Source of the DNA: Octopus sinensis
Taxonomy: Eukaryota
Direction of reading: 5' to 3'
DNA: 64,000 nt
Assembly: GCF_006345805.1 (NCBI RefSeq)
Contig: NC_043002.1
Span: 76,756,001 to 76,820,000, forward strand
The position numbers were made by a program, and so were the translations under genes. The notes below the pieces were generated by a model, which was not told where the DNA came from, ran no database searches, and saw nothing but the letters and a program-made list of their open reading frames with translations. Of the stretch, positions 52,056 through 63,076 are shown piece after piece. The first letter of the stretch is position 1. Every line of letters starts with the position of its first letter.

Positions 52056-55000
52056 GTGCTGGCAATATTGGTGGCTTAGTTCCTTTTAGAGTCAACCCTT
52101 TTTCTCCCATGCAGTATCTTGATTCGAGAGCCTTACCACCCAGAACACTTCCCATGAATCCATCCCTTTCACAGCTAAATGGTCAAGCTTAAAACTGTTA
52201 TCTAACAAGTAATTCTCCATCTTTACATCATTGTTACTTTTTATTGCATTGAATTGTTCTAACCCTGTGGCACCTATATACATCAAAGTGGACCAGGCCA
52301 TTTAGGAGTTAAGTGTTGTGGTACAGCACAAAACTTGTAACAAAATCTAAACCACCAAGTCTAACTTGAAATGGTAAACTGATCCAAAATCCATCTTCCT
52401 TTCTTTCTCAGAATGTATATACTTTATAATACCTCCTTAAATCCCTTGATATTCAAAGCTGTCTAATTTTAGGGAATTTTTTTTAGAAAAAAAGAAAAAC
52501 CATTCAACATGTAACATTCATCCCAAAATTGTGCATGTGTATGCATGCATGTGCAAAGTATTTCATTTCCCCTCTCTTATGTGTGAGACAATTGCCTCTT
52601 TCTTATGTATGAAGTAGACAATTTGCAGTGCTTTGATTGATTGTGGCTTCAAATTTCATTTGGCTTTCATAGCTATAAAAATGGGAAAAAAATCAACAAA
52701 ATAAGTTTTAGTAGTAATATACTGAAGACACCAGCAACTTAGGTTATCAACTAGGGTGCCACATGTCATATGTTAAAGAGTTGTATGCTTACCTTTGGCT
52801 GTGACTGTGGTAGAAAGAAGCTTTTGCTATGTACTGCTTACAAAGGCATATTTAAAATTGCCCAAATCAGAAGTCATCGAATTCTTTTGCAACTTTTGTT
52901 AAAAGAAAATAATAGTGTGTAAAAAAAAGAGAAGAAAGAAAATGCAATATATTAAAAGTATTATGAAAGTATCAGCTGATCTAAAGAAATCCATGTTTTA
53001 TTTAAATTAATGTGCTTTTGTTAATTTTTAAGAATTTATTTGGAGTAATTTTGTTACATCTAAAGAGGACTATCTTTCACTCATCTAGTTATGCCACTAT
53101 AAACTCATCAGCTATTCTACATGGTCCAGCTGTTTTCCTGACTTTCAAATCTTCAGCTGCTCTGGAGATTGTATGGCTGGCAATATTAGTTCAAATTTTG
53201 GCACAAGGCCAGTAATTTCAGGAGAGGGGGTTGAGTCAGTTCCATCAACTCTATTGACATTGTAACAAAAATGTGTCGAGATCATTACTCGTGATGTCAA
53301 TATGATCTCTCTCTCTCCCTTTCCCTCTCTCAGTTATGCTAATGAAAAGATTTGAATCACTGATGTGTTTGAATCGTTTCTCAGCTTGTATATTCTAATA
53401 AACTCCTTATTTGCAGTTTTATCCCCTTGTTGTGAAAATTATTTACTTGTAAAGAGCTGTGAAATTCAGCTTGTTCAGCTATCAGCAGCCTAAGGCCAAT
53501 CTTACTTTCAAGAAAAGTTTAATTAGAACTTGAGATCAGGAATTCCCAAATCTGGTGGCTTCAACATCATTATAAAACTCTCCCACCTGGAACCCAACAA
53601 AGAGCCAGAACCATAAAATGCTATATTAACGTTCTCCTAACTGTCCAAATATACTATACAACTCAATGATTACGTATTTTCCATAATGCATTATTATGAC
53701 TTTCAATGAAGAAAATTATTCACCCGGTAAATTTTTATTCAAATGGTGCACTCACCATTGCAATCTATGAATCAACTATTCAACCTTACACGCTGAATAA
53801 TGCATTAAACATTGCATCAAAGCTATCTTTGCTGCTCGTAATTAATTCAGAAAACCATTTGTTCATATAGGATTTTTTTTTAATACAATTACAACACGGA
53901 CTTGGAAGAAACCTTATTTACTAATCAATACTTATTGCAGTCTCCATCAATGCAATGACAAAACACCCAACGGTTTTTAAACTTGTGCTTGGTATTCATT
54001 CTTACTGGAACGATGTCATTGTGATTTGTTGTTAACCAAACTGACTTTTAAATATGTATCTTTTGTTGTCATTGATAACAGTTTCAAAATTTGGTACAAA
54101 GCCAATAATTTTAGAAGGGATAATCAATTCCATTGACCCCAGTATTTGACTAACACCATATTTTATGGACTACCAAAGGACAGAAGGCAAAATCAACCTC
54201 CATGGAATTTGAACCCAGAATGTAAAGATGGATAAAATGTTGCTAAGCATTTTTGTTGTTTTTAGAAATGATTTTTAATGGTGCAAGTCCACACATTACT
54301 TGGGAATGCACATTCAAGTGAATGAACTGCAATAACGTGACTAAATACAAGGTATTCTGTCAACTTACACTGCAGTGTGTCTGTATGATTCCCCTGTTAT
54401 AGTGTTGCTAGTTCAGAATATTTACTGTGCCATATGATGCAGCCAAGTTGTTATGTAAGTTATATCATTGAGGCTAGGGACTGAACTGGCAGTAAAATAG
54501 AGCCTCTAGAAGTATAAAAGACATCCAATGACTGTGGCATTACTTGGATGATGATGTCCAGTGATTGAAATAATATTGGTTTCAAATTTTGGCACAAGGC
54601 CAGCAATTTTGTGGGTTGGGTTAAATTGGTTACATCGCTCCCAGTGGTTAGCTAATACTTATTTTATCAAACCTGAAAAGATGAAAGGCAAAGTTGACCT
54701 TGGTGGAATTTGAACTCAAAATGTGAAGGTGAATGAAATGCTAAGAATTTTTCCAATTCACTACTTTAGTGATTGCACTTGTGACAATGGTCGCAAAAAA
54801 AATAAGTATATTTATAAAAAAGAACTTGGTAAGGTTTGATGAGAAAATTTGTTCTGTTTTTTTTTTTTTTGTGTGTTTTCAACTAATCTGACCTCCAATT
54901 CACTTGAAATTGACTTCTTTTCTCAAAAACTGAAGTGTGCTTGCGTATGTGTGTGTGGGTGTGTGTGTGTGTGGGGGATGGAATTACGAGCAGGGAGGAC

Positions 55001-56218
55001 CCTCAGTCATACAGACAAGGTCAGTAAAGCACCTACTGCTGTTCAATAAGAAAATCTTTTTCCTTAGTTCTTTTTTATGTGTTTTCAGTGAATCTGACTT
55101 TTAAACCATTGGAAATCATTAGTTTTCTTTTTAAGGCTGCGGCAGTGAGGACGGGATGGGGCAAAAATCAAAGTAATAGTGGAAACAAAAAACATTTAAA
55201 ATACCTGGTATATTTTTCAGCCTTTTCATCTACTTCCTCAGTACTTGTTTTTGCAATATTACTGTAGAAACAGTGGATAACTTCATAATAATCTATGCTA
55301 CAATTTTGGTAAATTTTAACAATGTTTTCCATTTTCAAAACACATGCTTCCACTTGCAAGGCTTCCTGCTACTGCTTCAAAATAAGTGGACACACATGTT
55401 TTTAAGTAACAGTAGCAGCATTAGATTTATGAAGTTTTAATATTTTGATATTTAAAATGTATGGCTGACCGTTAGTAAGGAGAGACACACAAATAAGAAA
55501 GAAGAAAGCAAAGGACTACTGATGAGGTCACAGAAGTGTGACAAAAGAATTCTGGCCGAAATAAGATTAAGATTAATGTAAAAAATAAATAAAGCTGAAG
55601 CAAATTAACACCAAATATATAGTGCATGTATTTTTATTGGCTAAACTGGCAAAATGACCATTCCTAAATACAACAACATCTGTTTCAACACACGATTGCA
55701 CATCAAGAATCTTGCAAAACAAATATATAAACGATATTTTAAATGTTCTAAGCATTGTGTAGAATATAGTTTTTTGTTACAACTACATTAAGTAATGATT
55801 TTTCATCAATTTTCAACTGTTTTGAAGGCCATAGTTATTCATAACAAACCAATAATAACAAGAAAAACAAATTTCCCTGCCAATGGAAAACCAATGCAAG
55901 AGCATCAACAGCAGCAGTAAGCCTTGTTTTGAAGTACTAAGAAATCTTACAAGTGGAAGCAAGTGTTTTGAAAATGGAAGGCATTGTCAAAAATTGCCAA
56001 GATTGTAGCATGGATGATTATGAAGTTATTCAGAATTTCCACAGTGACAATGCATGAAGTATTGACTATTTGCATTGCATGGTGTCCTGTCCAAAACAAT
56101 AACCTTTCCAAATTGCAATTACAAATGTGTGCATCAAAAACAGAAGAATGTATGGTAGTGTAGAAAGAGTCGTGTTGTCCTTAATGTCGACCTCTGAATT
56201 AATTAAATTTGAGAATGA

Positions 56219-56249
<31 letters not shown>

Positions 56250-56767
56250 CAAAAATGCTTCTGAAAGGGTTTCACTTCCTATTACTGTGGGAGCTACTTT
56301 GGGACAGAGTCTTTTAGGTAATAATAACTGGGTTATAGCATTAAGCAAAGGGCTTTACAATATTCTGACTCACTAATTTTGGTATCAATAATCATTTAAT
56401 AACATTCCACTATATACATGCACTTTTAATTAAAATGCCATTTGGTATCTGAGCCAATAAAAGGAGTGTCTTCTTGATTGTTTGATTTGCAAGAAGTAAT
56501 AGCCAAATCTCATGCTACTCTTTTAAAAAATGGAAATATTGAATACTAGCTGAAAAAGCTGTTCTCTGAGTAAACTTAATCTAACTCCTGTGGAGAGCTG
56601 TTGGGCCTTCGACCTAAAATAGATCATATAATTGAATAAACTATAAAAAAGAAGACAAGATTGCATCAGCGACTCTTATTTGCATAAATGAAACTTATGT
56701 GAAAATTTGTCTTTTCAAAACTGCACCCAATCTTCTGAAAGCTTAATACTGTTGATATTTAGCAACT

Positions 56768-57168
56768 TCATCATCATCATCCTCATCATCATCATCATCA
56801 TCATCATCATCACCATCGTTTAACGTCCGCTTTCCATGCTAGCATGGGTTGGACTATTTGATTGAGGTCTGGCGAACCAGATGACTGCACCAGACTCCAA
56901 TCTGATCTGGCAGAGTTTCTACAGCTGGATACCCTTCCTAATGCCAACCTATTACTTTATTGCCCACAAGGGGCCAAACATAGAGGGGACAAACAAGGAC
57001 AGACAAACGGATTAAGTCGATTACATCAACCCCAGTGCGTAACTGGTACTTTATTTATCGACCCCGAAAGGATGAAAGGCAAAGTCGACCTCGGCGGAAT
57101 TTGAACTCAGAATGTAACGGCAGACAAAATACCTCTAAGCATTTCGTCCGGTGTGCTAACGTTTTTTC
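56768..57168 (-). mobile_element. family C tail (56768-56948) joined to a young SINE family B (56949-57168)
   Basis: (CAT)n plus gtttaacgtccgctttccatgctagcatggg, then gaccccgaaaggatgaaaggcaaagtcgacctcggcggaatttgaactcaga. Confidence 0.8.
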
Positions 57169-58080
57169 TGTGAGTGTAGTGGGTGCTTTAAAGCTTGACC
57201 TGAACATGTCTAACCAAAACTTAACTGGATCTTTTCTCATCTTTTTGCTAGAGCCCATAGGTTTTCCTCATTTTAGGTTTTAATTGCTTTTTCAAGCCAT
57301 TATTTCTACTCATTTGCAATCTTGTTTTACCACTTGTCTGTCTTGACCTCAATGTATGCAACTTTTTTAACATTGTCTCAAATGAAAATATAATTTTCTT
57401 TGTTTGAATTTAATTTGACTTAAAAACTGTTTTAAAATTTGCTCATGATATAAAAGAACTTGTTCTTCTTGGAGAATGGACTCAAAACAAATAAACTATC
57501 AGTTTGTGTCCATCAATTTCATGTAAAGGGAAAAGAGTTTATCAATAATAAACTTGCTACTTAGAAGCATTGTATCCTAGACTAACACGAAGAGTACATT
57601 ACTGCTGAAACATATGTAAACGTTAAAGAGTTCCCTAACAGTTAATTATTCTCATTGCTTGTCATCCAGTTTCTGAATAGCTTAAATATAATTCTCCAAT
57701 CAATGTCCCGTTTGTTTGTGCTTTATACTTCTACTTCCATTACCCTTTACTCTCTTTTTACTCTTTTACTTGTTTCAGTCATTTGACTGTGGCCATGCTG
57801 GAGCACCGCCTTTTGTCAAGCAAATCAACCCCAGGACTTATTCTATGCTGAACTGCTAAGTTACGGGGACGTAAACACACCAGCATCAGTTGTCAAGTGA
57901 TGTTGGGGGGGGGGGGGTCAAACACAGACACACAAACATATATACACACACATACTTATATATATATATATATATATTGGTAAAAACGGTAAGATAACAA
58001 AAGAAAGAAAGAGACCTCAATATTATGTAAATAGAGGAAATTTATCTGTAAATTAATATGTGACAATTATTCAATAGCCA

Positions 58081-58143
58081 AGATAAAACTCTGAGTTTCG
58101 GATGCCGAAGTGGAAATCCACAACACCATCTCTTCGGTTATCT
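58081..58143 (-). ncRNA. type I hammerhead-like motif, C4 core variant, inside a perfect hairpin
   Basis: AGATAA-CCGAAGA-GATG...CATC-C-GAAAC-TCAGA-GTT-TTATCT; 6-bp stem I, quasi-palindromic ACTCAGAGT stem III. Confidence 0.65.
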
Positions 58144-58256
58144 GGCCAGAAACTCAGAGTTTTATCTTGGCTATTGAATAATTGTCACATATTAATTTAC
58201 AGATATATATATATATATATCATCATCATCATCATATATATATATATATATATATA

Positions 58257-59537
58257 CGAGGGGCATTCAATAAGTAATGCCCCTGACCCACTTCTCATAG
58301 GAGTAGAGCAACGAAACTTTGTACAGTTATTAGTCTTTCTCTACATAGGAACCACCCAGATTTACACATTTCTCCCATTGTTTGATGCAGCTCTGGAGAC
58401 CGTTTTTTTAGAAGACCCAGCTTGGTCCTCCAACCACGACGTGACTTCAGAAATCAAGGCTGCATCATCTAGGAAAAGCTTTCCTTTCAAAAACAACCTC
58501 ATGGCTGGGAAGAGGTGAAAATCAGAGGGTGCAAGGTCAGGAGAGTAGGGGGGATGGGGGAGGAGTTCATAACCGCACGCCTGTGCTTCTGATCTGGCGA
58601 CAAGCGAGTTGTGGACCGGAGCGTTGTCCTGATGTCTTTGCTGATCTTTCCCCGCCTCTTGATTTTGATAGTTTCTCTTAATTTCCTCAAAAGTGAAGCA
58701 TAATAGGCTCCTGTAATTGTGGTACCCTTTGCCAGGAAATCTGTTATCACTACTCCGTCCTGGTCCCAGAAGACTGTGAGCATGACCTTGCCAGCGGAGG
58801 GCTGCACCCTTGCCTTCTTTGGAGGAGGTAAGTCACAGTGCTTCCACTGCATTGACTGGGCTTTGGTCTCTGGATCATAGTGATGGACCCAGGTTTCATC
58901 CTGTGTAATCAGTCTTTTGAAAAATTTTGACTCATCTTCTTGGCACATCTCCAAATTCATCCTCGAGCACTCGACGCGTTCTTGCTTCTGGAAAGGTGTG
59001 AGCAACCTGGGAATCCATCTGGCAGACACCTTTTGCACATGCAAATGGTCATGAATGATAGTTTCCACAGACCCGGTACTAATCTTGACCTCGTGGGCTA
59101 TTTGGCGAATAGTTATGCGTCGATCTTCCAAAATGGCAGCCTCAACTTGACGGACAGATGCCTCATCAATTGCAGAAGTGGGGCGACCAGATCTGGGAGC
59201 TGTTTCCACCGAGTTCCGACCATGTTTGAATTCACGATGCCAGCGTTTTACAAAGTCATATGATGGGGCATCATTACCATAAGTTACTTTCATTTCATCA
59301 AAAGTCTCCCGTGGTGTGCGTCCTTTCAAATACAAAAACCAGATCACTACTCGACACTCAACAGGCTCCATTTCACACTTGACTCAGTTCAAACACCTGT
59401 AAATCAGAAACCCCAATTAGTTCAAAGCTGTAATTTGCCACCTATTCTATAGAGATGTAAATAATTGCACACACAAAATTTCAGCTAGATCAAACAACTG
59501 CAAGTGGGTCAGGGGCATTACTTATTGAACTCCCCTC

Positions 59538-59538
<1 letters not shown>
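58257..59538 (-). mobile_element. mariner DNA transposon (irritans-like), full length
   Basis: 37-bp TIRs CGAGGGG(CA/AG)TTCAATAAGTAATGCCCCTGACCCACTT with 2 mismatches; TA on both sides; 1282 bp. Confidence 0.95.
58330..59371 (-). pseudogene. mariner transposase with two frameshifts
   Basis: PRSGRP, WIPRLLT, DETW in the ORF; after a short deletion the shifted frame gives DNAPVH and HPPYSPDLAPSD; a second shift precedes WEKCV...YVEKD*. Confidence 0.9.
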
Positions 59539-59597
<59 letters not shown>

Positions 59598-60261
59598 TAT
59601 CATATATATATATATATCATTATCATACATATATATATATACGACAGGCTTCTTTCAGTTTCCGTCTACCAAATCCACTCAAAAGGCTTTGGTAGGCCTG
59701 AGGCTATAGTAGAAGACACTTGCCCAAGGTGCCATGAAGTGGGACTGAACCCGGAACCATATGGTTGGTAAGCAAGCTACTTTATTTCATAAAATTTGCC
59801 ATGAAGGCATTACAAAGAGGAGACGAACAAGGACAAACAAACAAAAAAATGTAGTAGCTGCTACAATGTTTAAAAATTTATAATGATAAATTTATGATAC
59901 AATCTAAAAATTACAAATTACTATTTACAAATTACAAATCACTAATTACCAATTACATGATAACATGTTACTCACTGTGATTTTCAATGACTTCCCTGAC
60001 GGAAAGGCATCCGATCACCAGGGTAGAACCCTTGCTTTCTCTTTCCTTTTCTTTTTTTTTGGACTCCACTTACCTGGTGCCAGTCGCTCCCAAATTCCTT
60101 GCTACAGGCTTCCATCTTTCCATGAATCTATCTCATGACAGGTACCTCTTCTCCAGCCTGATCTTACTATTGAGGTGGTAACTAAAATAGTTGACCAACC
60201 CCTAGCCAGATACAAAGGTACCCATCACTGTGCCTCTCACATGCATCTTCCATACTGTTTC

Positions 60262-60503
60262 GAAAGATTTTTGAAAAATTTCGGTGAAAATTTTTGGGTA
60301 AAATTTTCAACAAATTTTGGGGAAAAATTTTCGGTGAAAATTTTCAGAAAATTTTTGGGTAAAATTTTCGGTGAAAATTTTCGAAAACTTTTTAGGTGAA
60401 ATTTTCGGTAAATTTTTGGGTAAAGTTTTCGGTGAAAATTTTCGAAAACTTTCTGGTTAAAATTTTCGGAAAATTTTCGAAAATTTTTTTTAAAATTTCG
60501 GTT
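60262..60503. repeat. degenerate self-complementary minisatellite built on GAAAATTTTC
   Basis: Absent from the homologous position of LINE copy 2 (~63510). Confidence 0.85.
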
Positions 60504-62414
60504 GCATATGGCTACTACGCAGAAAAAGCAAGCCTTCCTTTCCCTGTTAAGGGAAGGAGGTGGCACAATCTCAATGATAGACTCAGCTGATAGCTGTTCT
60601 CTTCCCATCGATGACAACAGTTGTTCTGTGAAAGTTATCAGTCCCGTTAATTCCGGAAATTCCATAAATTCAAGCAAGACAGTTTCCATGTTCCGCCCAC
60701 ATCTCAGACATGTCGGCGAGACGGCACTTCTGTGCCTTGACAGTTTATCACGAATAGGTAGTGCCACATGAAAGCACTGCCAGGCCAGGGATTTCTGGTA
60801 AGTATCCAGGTACCCCAGCTCGAAAGTTCTCCTGAACAGATCGATCAACTGATTTTCATTGTAGCCCAGAGTATCCCCCAAGGCTTGCCCATCCAGGTGC
60901 TGAGTTGCTCACCGATTGGCTTGTCCTTGTTAACCTTTGCTCCTGCTACCGCCTCGTAACTTTTGATAGCCTCTTCCACCACTGGAAGCTAGCCTTCATT
61001 TGCCACGATGATGGAGATGTCATCCGCATACGCCGTAGCTCCTCTTCCACACCATAGATCATGTGGGGTGCCCCCTAGTGCCTCCAACTTCCGCAGTAAT
61101 GGTTTGGGAGCCAACACATACAAAAGCGGAGACAGGGAACACCCCTGATGCACTGATTGTTCGATTCTGAATGGCTTCGAAAGGAAACCATTCACTTTTA
61201 TGACAGACTCGATGTTGTTATACAACGCAGCAATCCAACCACAGAAGGTCGGGCCCAGGCCAGCCTTCTCGAAGACCGTCACTAAGTATCAATGGTCAAC
61301 CCTATCAAATGCCTTAGACTGGTCTAAATGTACCAGTGCCCCCCCCCTACCCCAGAAAGTTTCCCCACCCTCTCTAAGGAGTAGCGTATAAGGTGGAGAT
61401 TGTTGTGATCGTCCTGCCTGGGATAGTGCACATTTGTGCACCCCCTACAAGTTTGTCTACGACCCGCGCCAACCTTTTCGCTAGCACCTTGGCCAAAATC
61501 ATTAACTCTGGGGTTTTGGGGTGTCGTGTTTGTGGGCGGGCACCACAGATGGGGGAGTATGGATTTTTGTTTCTGTGGGGGCTAATGCGTGTGCGGGTTT
61601 GGGGTCTTTTTTTGTAATTGAGGGGCCTGCTGCCTGTGCCACTTTTCTTTTCCATTGTTCACAGTCTATACGGATGTGGCCTTTTTTGCTACATTCGTAT
61701 CACGTTGGTTTTTTTGCCATCTACTTGTATTCCGAGGGCGATATCTTCACCCAAGAGCCCCCTCTCTGGAAGCATTTCGATTTCTTCCCGAGTTCTCTGA
61801 ATAATGGTAGAAATGCTTCGCCTGAGCCAGTTTTGTGGGGCAGTGCGTGTGATCTGAAGGAAGGCGATTTTATCTGTCCTGATATACAACAGGGCGGCCA
61901 TCACTCCCCTTACACCAACTTCAGGTGGCACTTCTGTCACTCTTACTCGAGCAGTTCGTCTCTCATGTAGGTTGGCAGAAGTACCAACTACTTCGTCTTC
62001 AGGGGACTCACTGAGTGCTCTTGGGCTTTTACTTCTGTTTCAAATCTGGCCTCTACTGTACCATAAGTACAGCCCCTTGCTATATACTTTATGTCTTCCC
62101 ATATGGGAGCCAGACATTTTTCAATTTTGCACTGCTCAAAGTGCTTAAATTTCTTTGTTGAAGGACACTATGTTTTGAAAACAACTGTCCTTCTTTTCAA
62201 TTTTTCAACACGAGGTGAGGGTGATATTTCTATATCACCCACCTCTTCTTTCATTTTTCAAAAAGCTCGGAGAGCTTTCCTTTGGTAGTTCGATGTTTTC
62301 AGTAGCCACCGCAGTAACTGCTGAAAATTTCTTAACTGGCTCTTCTAGTGAATTTTTCTGAAATTATTTCGACTGACATGTTCGTTCAGAATAAATTTAT
62401 ACACAACTTAATCC

Positions 62415-62830
62415 CTGAAAACGGGAAACCTATAATTTTTACTTTTTTTTCCTCTCAACGAGGACAGCAGTTCAAATCCCACCCCCGCTGGGGGGCGAGA
62501 CGTAACAACAAAGCCTGCAACGTTCGAAATTAAATTTTTCACACAATAATAAAAATACGGTATCCCAAAAAACGGGAAACCTATAATATTTTTTTCCCCT
62601 CACAACGAGGATGACAACAGTTCAAATCTCACCCCACTAGGGGCGGGGTGCCACAATAGTGCCTACAACGGCTAAAATTAAAATTTTCACACAGTAATAA
62701 ATTGATTATCTAAAAAAAACACACAAAAAACGGGAAACCTATAATATTTTTTTCCTCTTAATGAGGCTAACAGTTCAAATCCCATCCCCGCTTGGTGGAG
62801 GCACTACAATAACGCCTACAACGGCTTTAA
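62415..62830. repeat. three ~155-bp tandem repeats in the putative LINE 5' region
   Basis: aaacgggaaacctataat recurs with cggg at 62422, 62573 and 62731; each unit carries cagttcaaatc.c. Confidence 0.85.
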
Positions 62831-63076
62831 CAAGTTCAATATTTCAACAATTCACAACTGCAAAAATGGCTTTACACAAACAATTACTTTCTCCCGTCAC
62901 CGGGAAAAAGCACAAAAATTTCCAAAGTTTAAAAGTTCAACAATGTTCAACAGTTCGAAAATGTTCAACAATAAACAGTCAGGAATTCCAACAGAAAAAT
63001 TATCCAACGTTCAAGAAAACGTTTGACTCACCACCAAAGAAACACGTCTAACCATGAGACAGGTAAGCAAATTACT

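Larger units (their letters stand above)
57746..59781 (-). mobile_element. single SINE family A split by nested insertions
   Basis: 3' half at 57746-57960 and 5' half at 59641-59781, separated at the internal (TA)n. Confidence 0.75.
59782..63076 (-). mobile_element. Tx1/L1-clade LINE, internally deleted copy 1
   Basis: C-terminal WQCF..ALP.RDKL...CLRCG; RT AYADD, QGCSLSPLLYVLA, LAKRL, DQSKAFDRV; ORF1-like EVPPEV and a decayed CCHC knuckle; 5' tandem repeats; no APE endonuclease seen. Confidence 0.82.

Noticed and set aside
47591-52980. Possible minus-strand spliced exons (acceptor after (CT)n near 47770; 48083-48139; 52130-52270; 52792-52980)
   Set aside because: Splice-like signals exist, but the frames do not join into a coherent protein and I recognise no homologue; a lncRNA cannot be excluded without RNA data.
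55519-55554. CTGATGA-G-GTCACA-gaag-TGTGAC-AAAAG-AATT-CTG
   Set aside because: G12 is missing, position 17 is G and stem I does not pair; could be a dead relic but is not supportable.
62640-62830. Resemblance of gcctacaacggc to 5S rRNA termini
   Set aside because: Match under 12 bp with no internal 5S sequence.
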